A DNA stretch of 64,000 nt from an uncultured Verrucomicrobiae bacterium (GTDB taxonomy: Bacteria > Verrucomicrobiota > Verrucomicrobiia > Opitutales > JABDGR01), in assembly GCA_963765205.1 (NCBI GenBank), contig CAVXVB010000009.1, positions 704,001 through 768,000 of the forward strand, read 5' to 3'. Shown piece after piece: positions 52,054 through 62,673 of the stretch. The stretch's first letter is position 1. The number at the start of each line of letters is the position of its first letter. A program made the translations under genes and the position numbers. The notes under the pieces were generated by a model. It was not told where the DNA came from. It saw only the letters and a list, made by a program, of their open reading frames with translations, and ran no database searches.

Positions 52054-53099
52054 GATTGGGCCAAGCGGGCTGCGCCCGCCAGTTCCGCCGGCGACAGCCA
52101 GGGTTGCGGCAGCAACCGGGCTTCGCGCCGCGCCTTTTCCAGCCAGCGCAAACTCGGCAACACATCCTCCGCCGGCGCCAGCAATTTTTCCCGCCCGTCC
52201 ATCGCCGCGAATACATTGTCAAATTGCCGGACGAAGGCCGCGGTCCAGCCGTGGGCGGCGGCCGGCTGCGTCGCCGCCCGCGGCTGGGCGTGCAGCCACC
52301 ACTTCGCGCCGGGCAGGCGCAAGACCAGCGGGCCGTCGGCGGAACCGTCCCACCGGCACTCGCCGCGCGCGGCTTGGATGCGCCAGCCGGTTTTGAGCGC
52401 GGTGTCCCAGCTCAGCCGCACGCGCGCCTCCAGGCCGCCGCGCCACCGCGCCGTCAGCACACAATTCGTGTTCGTCCCGCCGAGCGCGTCCGACCACGAC
52501 TCGTTCTCGGCCGGCTCGCCGAAAAAAAGGCACAGCAAATCGAGCACATGGCTGCCCAAGTCGAACAGCACCCCGCCATTTTCGGCGTCGAAAAATTTCG
52601 GGGACGCCGCGTTCCACGCAAAGCGCCCGCCCTCGGCAATCTCGATTTTCACCGGCGCGCCGAGCAATCCACCCGCGAGATTTTCCCGCAGCGCCTGCGC
52701 CGCCGGATAAAACCGGCGCATCATCCCCGCCGCCAGCAGCCGGTTGGCCTGGCGCGCGGCAGCGATCATCGTTTGCGCCTCCGCAACGGAAGTGGCCAGC
52801 GGCTTTTCACACAATACATGCCGGCCCGCCGCCAACAGCGCGCACGCTTGCGCGGCATGGACGCCCGGCGGGGACGCGACGACCGCCAGCGCTCCGGGCG
52901 CCGGCGGCGAATCCTCCACCCGTGCCACGAGTCGCGCTCCGGGAAAGCTTTTCGCCAAATGCGCCGCGCGCGCCGCGTTCGGGTCCACCAGCGCCGCAAC
53001 CCGCGCGCGGCCCGTGCGCTCCAAGTGCGTCAGCACCGGCGCGTAAACCAATTCGGCCAGCGCGCCGCAGCCAAGCAACTCAATCGAAGGGGGAGTCAT
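52050..53099 (-). CDS. Gfo/Idh/MocA oxidoreductase
   Basis: GCG, HVLCEKP, GGVLFDLGSH. Confidence 0.88.
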   Translation of the reverse strand: MTPPSIELLGCGALAELVYAPVLTHLERTGRARVAALVDPNAARAAHLAKSFPGARLVARVEDSPPAPGALAVVASPPGVHAAQACALLAAGRHVLCEKPLATSVAEAQTMIAAARQANRLLAAGMMRRFYPAAQALRENLAGGLLGAPVKIEIAEGGRFAWNAASPKFFDAENGGVLFDLGSHVLDLLCLFFGEPAENESWSDALGGTNTNCVLTARWRGGLEARVRLSWDTALKTGWRIQAARGECRWDGSADGPLVLRLPGAKWWLHAQPRAATQPAAAHGWTAAFVRQFDNVFAAMDGREKLLAPAEDVLPSLRWLEKARREARLLPQPWLSPAELAGAARLAQS

Positions 53100-54100
53100 G
53101 GCTGCAAGTTCACCGTCGCGGATTTTTTCACGCCTCCGCGCGGGCGCATGAGCAGCTCATCCACCGCCGCCAGCACCGCGCCCGGCGTGATGGAGGCCAT
53201 GCACGCCAGCTCGTGCGAACATTCCGACCCCGGATGCCCCGTGAGCCAGCAACTGCTGCACGGCAGTTCGGCATAGAGGTTAATATTTTCGGAATAGCCC
53301 AAATTCGCCGGGGTGCGCGAACCGCCGAGGATGATCACCGCCGGCACGTTAAGCCCGTTGGCCCCATGCATGAGGAAGGTGTCCGGGCCGATGAATAAAT
53401 CACATTCGGCAAGCAGCGCCAGCGATTCGCGCTTCGACGTTTGGCCGGCAAAGCTGCGCGTTCCCGGCAGCGCCGGTTCGCGGGCATCACCCAAATGCAC
53501 GAGCGAGCCGCGTCGCGCCAGTTCCGGCGCCAGTGCCCGCCATTGCGCGAGCGGCCAATTTTTCACCGGCTGCGCGCTCAAGGTATTGACTGCAATCAAT
53601 GGTCGCACCAGCCCCGCCAATTTTTCGCGGGCGATGGCGCGTTCGGCCTCCGTCAGGTAAACGCGCCCGCGGTATTCGCCGGTGGCGAGGCCAAGGGCGG
53701 CAAAAGTCGGCGCAAGTATGTTCGTGTGCGGGTCGCGGCGCGATTGCAGGTCGTGATACCAAAAATCCACGCTGAACAGTCCCGGCGCGGCGTTGATTTG
53801 GGCAAAATTCGGATCATGCTGCACCAGGTCGGGATTCCGCGTGATGAAATTCAAGCGCAGGCCCGGCCAGCGTTCCTTGAGCTGACGGGCGACGATGGCC
53901 GCCAGCAGCGTGTCCCCCGGCGTGCCGTAGAGGTCACGCACGGTTAAGCGCGCGCCGAGGCGGTTCAGCCAGTCCAGGTGCCGCCGCCCCCAGCGCTCGA
54001 TCCGCATGCGCAAGCTGTAGGCCGCCAGCGCCAACCGACTTTGGTCGCGCGGGCCGGGCCGCAGCCAGATGGGCCGCGCGGTGGGCAAGTTGGGTTTCAC
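53096..54100 (-). CDS. GT9 heptosyltransferase-like protein
   Basis: PGDTL, KNWP, FIGPDTFLMH, C-terminal CxxC...C...C. Confidence 0.8.
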   Translation of the reverse strand: MKPNLPTARPIWLRPGPRDQSRLALAAYSLRMRIERWGRRHLDWLNRLGARLTVRDLYGTPGDTLLAAIVARQLKERWPGLRLNFITRNPDLVQHDPNFAQINAAPGLFSVDFWYHDLQSRRDPHTNILAPTFAALGLATGEYRGRVYLTEAERAIAREKLAGLVRPLIAVNTLSAQPVKNWPLAQWRALAPELARRGSLVHLGDAREPALPGTRSFAGQTSKRESLALLAECDLFIGPDTFLMHGANGLNVPAVIILGGSRTPANLGYSENINLYAELPCSSCWLTGHPGSECSHELACMASITPGAVLAAVDELLMRPRGGVKKSATVNLQP

Positions 54101-54114
54101 GGAAATGGAGAGTT

Positions 54115-54149
54115 TTTTAGTTCCTGGTTTCTCGTTCTTAGTTTTTGGT
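54115..54149. repeat. degenerate heptamer array, 5 units, intergenic
   Basis: ttttagt tcctggt ttctcgt tcttagt ttttggt. Confidence 0.6.
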
Positions 54150-55315
54150 CATAGGCCCAAGATTTTATCCGCGGCGATGGCGGCGGCCACGGCTTGGACG
54201 TTGACGGTCCAGTTGCCCGTTGTTTCAAACCGGCGCCGCCCCGCGCGGGCCAACAGCTCGTAACACGGAAGGTCCGTTAGCACCGCCGCAAGCCAGACCG
54301 GGGCCTCGTCCGCGAATTTTGCCAGCGGCCAAAGCATCCCCGTTTCGCCGGTGGTTACGGTCGAAGGCAGACCGCCGAGATCGGTGGCGAGCACGGGCAC
54401 GCCATAGGCGGCGGCTTCGTGACACACGATGGGCGTGCAATCGGCCGTGGTCGGCAACAACAAAAACGCCGACTTCGCCAGCAGGTTTTGCAAACGTTGC
54501 GCCTCAGCGGGCTGGCTTTTGTCGAGCGGGCCAATCCACTCCACCCACGGCGCGTCCGTCAGGGACGCGGGCTTCGTTTTGATACCCACCACCGAAAGCT
54601 TCGCCGGGCAACCGAGTGCGCGCAGCCGCCGCACCGTCTCGACGGCGGCGTCGCCGCCTTTGCGCTCCCAGTCGTTGGCGAGAAAGAGCAAAGTTGGCTC
54701 GGAGAGATTGCGCTCCCCGATAAATTTTTCGACCTCGGCGGCGGCGGGCGGTTCGGCCAGGTTTGCGCCATAAGATTGCACCGCAACCCGCGCCGCGGAG
54801 CGTGGAAAATCCAGCCGCGCCTCCGCCGCGGCCCATTCGCTGCTCAACCAGATTTTCCGGCTCCGGCGCAGCACCCGGTCCTCAATCCGCCAGAGCGCGC
54901 GGGCGTCGCGGTCGCCGTAGTAAATGCGAAAATAGGGATAGAGGCGCCGCTGGGAGGGAAACATTGCGTCATTCCAGACATAAATGGGGGGCGCGGAGGG
55001 CAGGGCGAGAGCGGCCTCGGGAAACCCGACGCACAGCACGGCGTCCGGCGCGAAGGCCCGGATTTGCGCCGCCACGCGCCGGGAGCGCGTGCGCAAAATC
55101 CAAGGGTCGGCCTCGAAGTGGTGGGGCTGGGCGGAAAATTTCAAAGTAAGCAGGTGTTGCCAATGCGCCCAGCGCAAGGCCCACTCCGCCGGCGCGGCAT
55201 GGAAAGGTTCGACTTCGTGGCCTTGGCGGCGAAATTCCCGCAGAACATGGGAAGAGGTTCCGGAATAATTGCGGGGATCATCCGGGGGCCCGTGGCTGAT
55301 GAGGGCGAGTTTCAT
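54149..55315 (-). CDS. GT4 glycosyltransferase
   Basis: DWERKG, DCTPIVCHEAAAYGVP. Confidence 0.88.
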   Translation of the reverse strand: MKLALISHGPPDDPRNYSGTSSHVLREFRRQGHEVEPFHAAPAEWALRWAHWQHLLTLKFSAQPHHFEADPWILRTRSRRVAAQIRAFAPDAVLCVGFPEAALALPSAPPIYVWNDAMFPSQRRLYPYFRIYYGDRDARALWRIEDRVLRRSRKIWLSSEWAAAEARLDFPRSAARVAVQSYGANLAEPPAAAEVEKFIGERNLSEPTLLFLANDWERKGGDAAVETVRRLRALGCPAKLSVVGIKTKPASLTDAPWVEWIGPLDKSQPAEAQRLQNLLAKSAFLLLPTTADCTPIVCHEAAAYGVPVLATDLGGLPSTVTTGETGMLWPLAKFADEAPVWLAAVLTDLPCYELLARAGRRRFETTGNWTVNVQAVAAAIAADKILGL

Positions 55316-56515
55316 GGCGAGGCGCTGACCAGTCCGGCCAGCATTTGGCGCGCAATGGCATCCCCGTTCCATTGGGCGATGCGCCCGCGCAGCGCGCCGG
55401 AAAATAGTGGAAAAGGCGCACGGCCGGAAAGGAATTCGGCGAGCGCGGCCGCCAATGGGCCAGCCTCGCCCGGAGGGACCCAGCGCACCTGATCGGCAGC
55501 GCCGTAAAGGTTAACTTGCTCTTCCATCGGCGCCAGGCGCGAAGCAATAACGGGCCGGTCGCGCCGTAACGCCTCACTCAGCGGCAAGCCGAAATCCCTC
55601 GAAGGTGGTCGGCAATACGACCACGTTGGCGGCTTGATACAGTTGCTCCACCGCCGGCCACGGCAATTGACCCAACAAGGTGACGCGCCCAAGCACCGCC
55701 TCACGAAATTGAAAACAGTTCAACCGCACATCATTGGTGCCTTTTTCCCCGGTCGGATGCTCATCGAAAATCAAGTCAGTTCCACTGCCACTAAAATAGC
55801 AGTGGAAAGGCAAGCCCGCCGCCGCTAATTTGACCAGCGCCGCCAGCAAAACATGGTGGCCCTTATACCATTTGGCGGCGGAGGGGTAATAGAGCACCGG
55901 CTCCCGGCGCGCCCAGGGGTTGGCCGCCTCATGCGGGGGCGCTTGCACCGGCGGGGAACCCAGTAAGACAACCTCAAGTCGCGGGCCGGCGCTGGCGTCC
56001 AGCTCCAGCAACTGCGCGCGCGTTTGCGTGGAATTAGTGGAGAGACGCACGGCGTTTTTCATCCAGTCGCAAAAAACACCGTCAATGGGCGAGACACCAC
56101 GGTCGGCGTAATCCAAGTCATGCACGAGGCCAGCAGTGGGCCGGTCGAGGTGGGGAAAGGGCTGGCGATGCACGCAGATTTCCAAAACGTGGGTGAGGTT
56201 ATGCCGCCGACAGATTTGCCGAAGGTGGGAATGAGAGAGCCAGCCCAACGCGGAATCGCGCCACGGAGTCAGCCGTTTGGGCAGCCGACGCAATACCGCC
56301 CGCGCCAGGCCGCGGGCCGAGCGCGACGGCGGATGCAAGTCCATGACGTCGACGTGCTCGAATTGGGTATTATCCAACCGTTTCCAGGTGTGCTCAACCG
56401 CGCAAGCCCACACCAGTTTTTCCACTTGGAGCGCGAGTGCCGGCAGAAGGGTGCACCGGACAGTGTCCACACCGCCCATCATAAACGGGGATTCATCGAG
56501 AACCAAGAGGCGCAT
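55312..56515 (-). CDS. GT4 glycosyltransferase; +1 frameshift ~55593
   Basis: EGFGLPLSEAL is restored by removing one T. Confidence 0.8.
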
Positions 56516-56571
56516 GGCGGGAGTTTGATTTTAAGGATCACTGAACCGAACGCGAACATCGAAGGGCAACC

Positions 56572-57706
56572 CTAGCGGGCGCCGGCATCTTTTTCGACGA
56601 GTTGGGCAAAGACGGCGACCGGATCGGGGGGGATGATCTGCAACACCCGGGCGCGGGCCGCGCCGCCCAGCTGCGGCCATTCCGCGCGGCGGAGCCCAGG
56701 CCCGACTCGAGGGCCTCCGCCAGCGGGCCGACGGCGGCCGCGGAGGCAACGAACCCGGTCTCGCCGTCCACGCATAATTCTGCGTTGCCGCCCACGTCCG
56801 TCACCACGGCCAGGCCAGCCGCAGGACATGGCCTCGATCAACGACAGGGGCATGCCTTCGTAACGGGAGGGCAGCACGAGCAGATGGTTGGCCCGCCAAA
56901 TGTCCGCGACATTCGGCAGGTGGCCGCAAAAATTAACGCCGGCCAGGGCGAGGCTGCCGGCCAGGGCGCGCAACGTTTTTTCATAATTTCCCGCGCCATA
57001 GAGGTTCAACTCGACCGGGCGGGCGCGCCAGGCCGGATGCGCCAATACCTGGAGCAAAACATCCTGGCCTTTGGCGATGGGTTCGAGCCGCGCGACGCAG
57101 GCCAGGCGCGTGAGGCCCGATTCCGCCGGCCACGGCAGCAAATTCAGTTCCGCCGCCTGGTTCGGGTTCCAGACCACCCGGGCGTTGGGCAATTTTACCC
57201 CCAATTGCCACTCGAGGAGCCGCAGATTATGCCGGGAAACGCAATACACCGCGCGGGCCGCGCGGAAAACGGCCGCCATTCGGTCCACCATCGGGTACCG
57301 CCGGCCAGGCCGTTTCGGCGTTGCATTGGACGATGGCCGCGTAGGCCAGACCATGCCCGCGGCAAAACATCATCCAGGAAGAGCCATCAGTGTTGCTGCC
57401 CTGGGAGATGACGACGAGATCCGGCTTTTGCCGCAAGAGCCAATCGTTATCGGCATCCGGGGGCCGCCAGCCGGTCAACCTGGCCAGCATGGCCTTGGCC
57501 AGCGACCCGCGCCAGGGATCGCGCAAGCGCAACGGCACGCCGTGGTGGGGCAAGGCGGCCATCTTCTCCGCCAAAGGAGGCCGCTGCTCGACCAGGGCCG
57601 CCACGGTGTGGCCGGCCTGGGCGAGGCGGACGGCGGCCTGGCTCCACAATTCCTCGCTGCCGCCCCAAGAGGCGCCGACCATCGTGGAAATGAAAACAAG
57701 GCGCAT
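56572..57706 (-). CDS. GT4 glycosyltransferase with several +1 frameshifts
   Basis: WGGSEELW, ARL...KGQD, EGMPLSLIEAM, VTDVGG spread over three frames. Confidence 0.75.
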
Positions 57707-57872
57707 CGGGAAATTTTAAGAGAGGGCCAAAGAAGTGGCCTGATTTGGTTTGATTTACCTTGATTGGGTTTGACCCGAGGCGGCGCTGCCCGTTGCAGCG
57801 GCGAGCGCTGACTGGCGCGGCGGGCATTCAGGCGCGCCCTGCTCGCTGCGAATAATCGTTCCTCTGACTGAC

Positions 57873-58178
57873 CTAGTTATTTTGCCGGCGATGCCGTTCG
57901 ACAAGCAAGACGGCCCGGACGGCGTCGAGGGCATTTTTTATGGGCGGACGCTGGAGGACGACGGTGGCGTGGGAGCCGGTGGCAACGTCCCTGGCCCAGG
58001 TATAGGCATAGTGGGCGTCGGGGTGGCCCATAACACGAAACACCGCCACGTCGCCTTCCCAGGGCTGATCGAAGGCCAGAGTTTCCGCGATGGGCACGGA
58101 TTCGACGAAGTCAGCTTCCAGGCCAAAGGTGGCTGTGATGGCCTGGAGCAGACCCGCAATATATTCAGGACGGCGCAT
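57873..58178 (-). CDS. conserved hypothetical protein
   Basis: VESVP..ET....WEG.V.VF...GHP....AY.W pattern, recalled from an uncharacterised family. Confidence 0.65.
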   Translation of the reverse strand: MRRPEYIAGLLQAITATFGLEADFVESVPIAETLAFDQPWEGDVAVFRVMGHPDAHYAYTWARDVATGSHATVVLQRPPIKNALDAVRAVLLVERHRRQNN

Positions 58179-58268
58179 GGTGCTAGGTTAAGGAAGGGCA
58201 ATGGCCCCGGCGAGGGCAACCCGGGGCAGCCGGAACCGCAATTTAAGGGTGGACAGGCTATGTGTCAT

Positions 58269-59247
58269 TTAATGACGTTTTTGGAGACTCGCAAGGATGC
58301 GGCGTTTTTGGTGGCGAAGCAAGCACAAACCGCGCCAGGCGGACGGGGGATCGTAGGACAGCGCGCGGGCGCACTCGCGCAGATACCGGCCCAGGCCGCC
58401 CTGGTCGAGGAGGGGTTGCAGGATGGGAAGCAATTTCCCCCAAAAGCAAACTTCGCGCCAATGGGCGCGGCCGCGCGTTAGCGATACTTTACAATGCGCG
58501 CAATTTTGGTGCCGCCGGGCGTTCCGCGTGATGACCCGCAGCCCCGTCTCGAGCATGACCCAGGGATTACTGGACATCGAGACGGGGTGCTTGCGGTAGC
58601 ACACGCCGATATAATCAACGGCCGGGACAAACTTTGCGCCGGTGGCGGCCAGGCGCAGCCACAGGTCCCCAGTCTTCGCAGGAGCGCAGGGCCGGATCGA
58701 AACCGCCCACCGGCGCGAGCGCGGCTGCGCGCACAAGCAGGGCATGAGGCGACCAGGGATTCTCCTCCAGCAACTGGTGAAACCAGTCGTCCGACTCGGG
58801 GAGCGGGGGCCGGTCGCCGAGGGGCTGGTTCTGGGCATCCACCAACCGCATGCCGCAGTAGGCCGCCGCGGCGTCGGGGCGGGCGGCGAGCACCGCCACC
58901 AATTGGTCATAAAAACTGGGCAGGACATAATCATCCGAGTCGAGAAAGTGAAGCAAGGCGCCCTGGGCCAGGCGCAGGCCGGCGTTGCGGGCCGCCGAAA
59001 GGCCCTGGTTGGCTTGGTTAATTAATTGGATCCGGTCGCCATAACGGGCCGCCACAGCCGCCGTGTCATCCGTGGAGCCATCGTTGATGACGAGGATTTC
59101 GAGCGGATGATAGTTCTGGACCAAAACACTCTCAATCGCCTGGGGCAAATAGTGGGCCTGATTGAAGCAGGGGATAATGACGCTGACAGAATTTTCACCC
59201 GCGCGGCCCGCCCAGTCTCCAGAGGCATGGTTAGACGGTACGGTCAT
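58269..59247 (-). CDS. GT2 glycosyltransferase; +1 frameshift ~58668
   Basis: VSVIIPCFN, NDGSTD, AARN.G, FLDSDD, CEDW-DLWLR. Confidence 0.85.
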
Positions 59248-59468
59248 GGACGGGCAGGGGTTGAAGCCATTTCCCCACCGACCCCAGCGAGGAGCCGCAA
59301 AGGGGTGCAAAAAGCCCCCGCCGGGTCGAGCGGGACATCTTCCTTCATTGCCGCCACGTCGTGCCCGGCGGCCCGCAAGCGCCGGGCCGCCTGGCTCCAA
59401 AGCTCCGCACTGCCGCCCCATGGGTAGCCATGCATGGTGGAGATAAAGACAAAGCGCAGGCGAGACAT
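59244..59468 (-). pseudogene. N-terminal remnant of a GT4 paralogous to 56572..57706
   Basis: FVFISTM...WGGSAELWSQAA.RL..AGH.VAA, then similarity ends. Confidence 0.75.
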
Positions 59469-59469
59469 A

Positions 59470-60387
59470 TCAAGGGGCGGACGGCAAGGTCGTCAGGTTT
59501 TGGCGGGAGGCATAATAATTTTCATAAAATTCGCGGGAGTCGCCAAAGGGGCCATAGAATCGTGATTGGGTAGAATCAAACCGGTAGGCGGAATAACCGT
59601 GGCTGGCGAGGAGGGCAAAGATAGCGCGGGCGCTGGCCCCGGCGCCCTGGAGGGGGATCTGCGAGATTTCAAAGGACAGCGCGTCAATCAAGCCCGCCGA
59701 CAAGGAGCGCGCGGCGCCCTCGAGCACTTGTTTTTCATACCCTTCGACATCAATTTTCAGGAAATTTATGCGGGCGAGGTGGTTGGCGGCAACGTATTCG
59801 TCAAGGGTGCGGGTCGGCACGGGCACGGTTCCCACGGGCTTAACCTGATCATATTGGGGGCGGCCAAAAGAACTCCAGGCATTATATTGGTCGGCAAAGA
59901 CATTCATGGGGAGAACAGACTGGGTGTTTCCGAGCGCCTCCATCCGGGTTTGGACATGTTCAATCCGATTGAGGGCCAGCGTCTCCCGGAGCATTGCGTA
60001 GGTGTTCGGCACCGGCTCAAAGGCGTGGACCTGGCCGTGGTCACCAACGAGACGGGCCATAAAGATGCTATGGAGGCCAATGTTGGCGCCGACATCGAAC
60101 ACGGTATCGCCGGGGTGAATGAGCAGCTTTTGGGCGGCAAACTCGGGTTTATAAAACGCCCGGGAAGTCTGGTCCGCGACCGGCGTCGCGTCCCAGGGGT
60201 AGCAAATGAAGCGAATACCAAAAGCGTCCGTCAAAATAGTGGGATGGCGAAAAGGAGATTTAGCCGGAGGCCAGAGACGGATGCGCAGACGGGCCAGGGA
60301 ACTGGGAAAATGATAAACCGATCGGAGCGTGCGATAAACGGAGAGGGGCACATGGCGCTGAAGGGACAGTTTAATTTGCTGTTTCAT
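59470..60387 (-). CDS. FkbM-family methyltransferase
   Basis: FDVGANIG, AFEP, TLD, KIDVEGYE. Confidence 0.92.
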   Translation of the reverse strand: MKQQIKLSLQRHVPLSVYRTLRSVYHFPSSLARLRIRLWPPAKSPFRHPTILTDAFGIRFICYPWDATPVADQTSRAFYKPEFAAQKLLIHPGDTVFDVGANIGLHSIFMARLVGDHGQVHAFEPVPNTYAMLRETLALNRIEHVQTRMEALGNTQSVLPMNVFADQYNAWSSFGRPQYDQVKPVGTVPVPTRTLDEYVAANHLARINFLKIDVEGYEKQVLEGAARSLSAGLIDALSFEISQIPLQGAGASARAIFALLASHGYSAYRFDSTQSRFYGPFGDSREFYENYYASRQNLTTLPSAP

Positions 60388-60477
60388 TATTAAAACTCAA
60401 GCCGGGTAACTCGAATAGACGGGGAAACGCCGCGATGGCGAATTGGTTAAGCCCCCGTGGCCATGGCCGCACGAGAG

Positions 60478-61626
60478 CTAATTCCGAGATTCGGAAAAAT
60501 TCACAAGTTTTAAGCCCAGGGAAATAAATGGAGATTCAACAAAGCGATAAGTCAACCAGGCAACAGGAATCGTAAAGGCCACGGTTGTAATAAAGAGGAA
60601 TAAAAATTGCATCGTGTCGTGCTTGGCTAATTCCGGGAAAAGAATTTTGGATAGATTCATTGTCACCAGCAGAACCGTAAAATGCAGCAGGTAGCCACTA
60701 TAGCTAATCTTACCCAAAAGCCGAGTAAATGAGTTGACAAAAAGTTTTGCCGGATGGCATTGCAACCCCAAAAACAAAAAGGAAAACCCAATTGAAAAAT
60801 AAACTTCCTGCGGTATCGGGATGTCACCGTGGTCGCCCATGTCAATTGCTGCTTGTAGCAGTATAATGGCGGTGGCCAACAGCAACAACCCGGTTTGCCT
60901 GGTGAAAAATTGACGCGGTAACGAATTCGAAATAAAATAGGTCAGCATACCGCAGGCGAAAACGGGCAATTGTCGCGGGAACCAACGGTAGGCATAATTA
61001 TTAAAGACTGAAACCGAGACTTCATTCCAGACTAGGTGTGAAATGTAAATATGGTTAAGGAAAAGCACAGCCACCAAATAAATCAATAATGTCGCAAGCA
61101 AAAACGTGAGCGCCTTTTGCCAGTTGGTAATGAAGTAAAACAGAAGCGGGGCGAAAAAATAAAAAGTCATCTCCACGGCAATCGTCCATCCGCCGGGAAC
61201 GACGCTGTTCATGGAGTTGGGATGGAAGCCATGCAAGCAAAGGGCGGTCAAAATGTAATCGGCAGTAGTCACCACGATAGGCGGCGTGGTCGCCTCCCGC
61301 ATCGGCACAAATGAATAAAGCACAATTCCCACCCAAAACATAGGTAAAATCCTAAATAAACGCCGAATGAAGAAGTTTCGGGTAGGATGCTGTTCGCGGA
61401 TTTTGGCCTTCCCCAAAGTCAAAAAGATGGTGAATGCGCTCACCATGAAAAACAATTGAACGCCGTTTTGAGCGGACAATGCATATTTTCCGCCTCGAAT
61501 ATATTCCCCTGAGGAAAACGCGCAATGAAAGCATATAACTCCTAAGATAGCGAAGCCTCTTAAGGCATCAAGGTATGCAAGATGCGGTGTCGGAGTGACA
61601 ATTGGTGTAATCTGCAAAACCTTCAT
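60478..61626 (-). CDS. acyltransferase-3 (OafA-like), AT-rich
   Basis: LDALRGFA, GVQLFF..S, RRLFRI.P, WTIAVEMTFY, ISYS.YL.H. Confidence 0.9.
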   Translation of the reverse strand: MKVLQITPIVTPTPHLAYLDALRGFAILGVICFHCAFSSGEYIRGGKYALSAQNGVQLFFMVSAFTIFLTLGKAKIREQHPTRNFFIRRLFRILPMFWVGIVLYSFVPMREATTPPIVVTTADYILTALCLHGFHPNSMNSVVPGGWTIAVEMTFYFFAPLLFYFITNWQKALTFLLATLLIYLVAVLFLNHIYISHLVWNEVSVSVFNNYAYRWFPRQLPVFACGMLTYFISNSLPRQFFTRQTGLLLLATAIILLQAAIDMGDHGDIPIPQEVYFSIGFSFLFLGLQCHPAKLFVNSFTRLLGKISYSGYLLHFTVLLVTMNLSKILFPELAKHDTMQFLFLFITTVAFTIPVAWLTYRFVESPFISLGLKLVNFSESRN

Positions 61627-61665
61627 GGATAAACACGTTAGCGGCTGGACATCCTGGCCAATCGC

Positions 61666-62610
61666 TTAAGTTTGCATATTTTCGAGATCGTGCAGCCATA
61701 GTTTGAGCAGCGGCAATTCATCCACGGGGAAGAAACCGGCCTGCACCAGGCCTTCGTAACAAGCGGCTAAATTCTCCGGCAAGGCTCCCGGCCCGGGTCG
61801 AAGTTTCAAATTAGTCAGAGAAACGGCGATGGCTTCGTTATTCAGGTAACCGGGAATTTCGTCCCGGAAATCATGCAGGAAATTATGGATATTGCGTTGT
61901 TGGACCACCTCGGCCGCATGGAAAACAACTCCCTGGCCCAGTTCCCAGAGGCAACGTTGGGCGATGAAGGAACGCCAGATGTCAGTCATGCGAAAGGCAC
62001 CAGGCCCCGGGTGCGAGCCACAAACTGGGACCCGGCCGGAAATTAAACTCGCGATCCTGGGTCAGCCGCCAAACCGCATCCACATCGGGAGCCAGATCGG
62101 CCAACCCTTGTTGAATGGGCGAGGCAATGGATGCGGCGGGCGGCCACGCACTAGGCTGGAAAACGGCGGGGTCGTTGAGCAGCCGCAAGGGAAAGCCCCG
62201 CGGCCAGATTAATTCGTCGGTAAAACACCGGTAAGTGTTGACCCAGCCCTGATGCACCCACGGCGAGCCGGCGTCGCCAAAGAACGCGGCCGCCAGTTCT
62301 CCGCCGGCATATTGTCGTCATCCGTTTCGTAAATGCAGGCCGCGCGCCGGCGCATGGCCTCCAGGTAGCCGAGATTCTTGCGCGAGTAATGACCCAAGGG
62401 CAGTTTAGAAGCGAGGCGGTAAGGCAAGGCGGCCTGTTCCTCGAGGGTAAAAAGATCGGCGGCGGATAAATTGAAGCGGGCCGGCCCTTTCCGATCACCG
62501 ATGACGATGACGCGGCTGCCTGTTTGTTCGAGAATTTCGCCGAGCCGACGCATGCAGGTGGTCGGCTCTTGAATCGTGGTCACCACGCAAATCAGGTCTG
62601 GCCCGTTCAT
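61666..62610 (-). pseudogene. STELLO/DUF288-like glycosyltransferase with a frameshift and an apparent internal deletion
   Basis: VVTTI..PT, GDRKGP, YSRKNLGYL.A, YETDDDN, IWPRGFPL, PDVDA, FRMTDIWRS; three frames. Confidence 0.75.
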
Positions 62611-62673
62611 AAGAGTGTTAAAGCTTAAGAAAAAAACTTGCTGCGATTGTTGGCATCCCAACCCAACCGTTGT

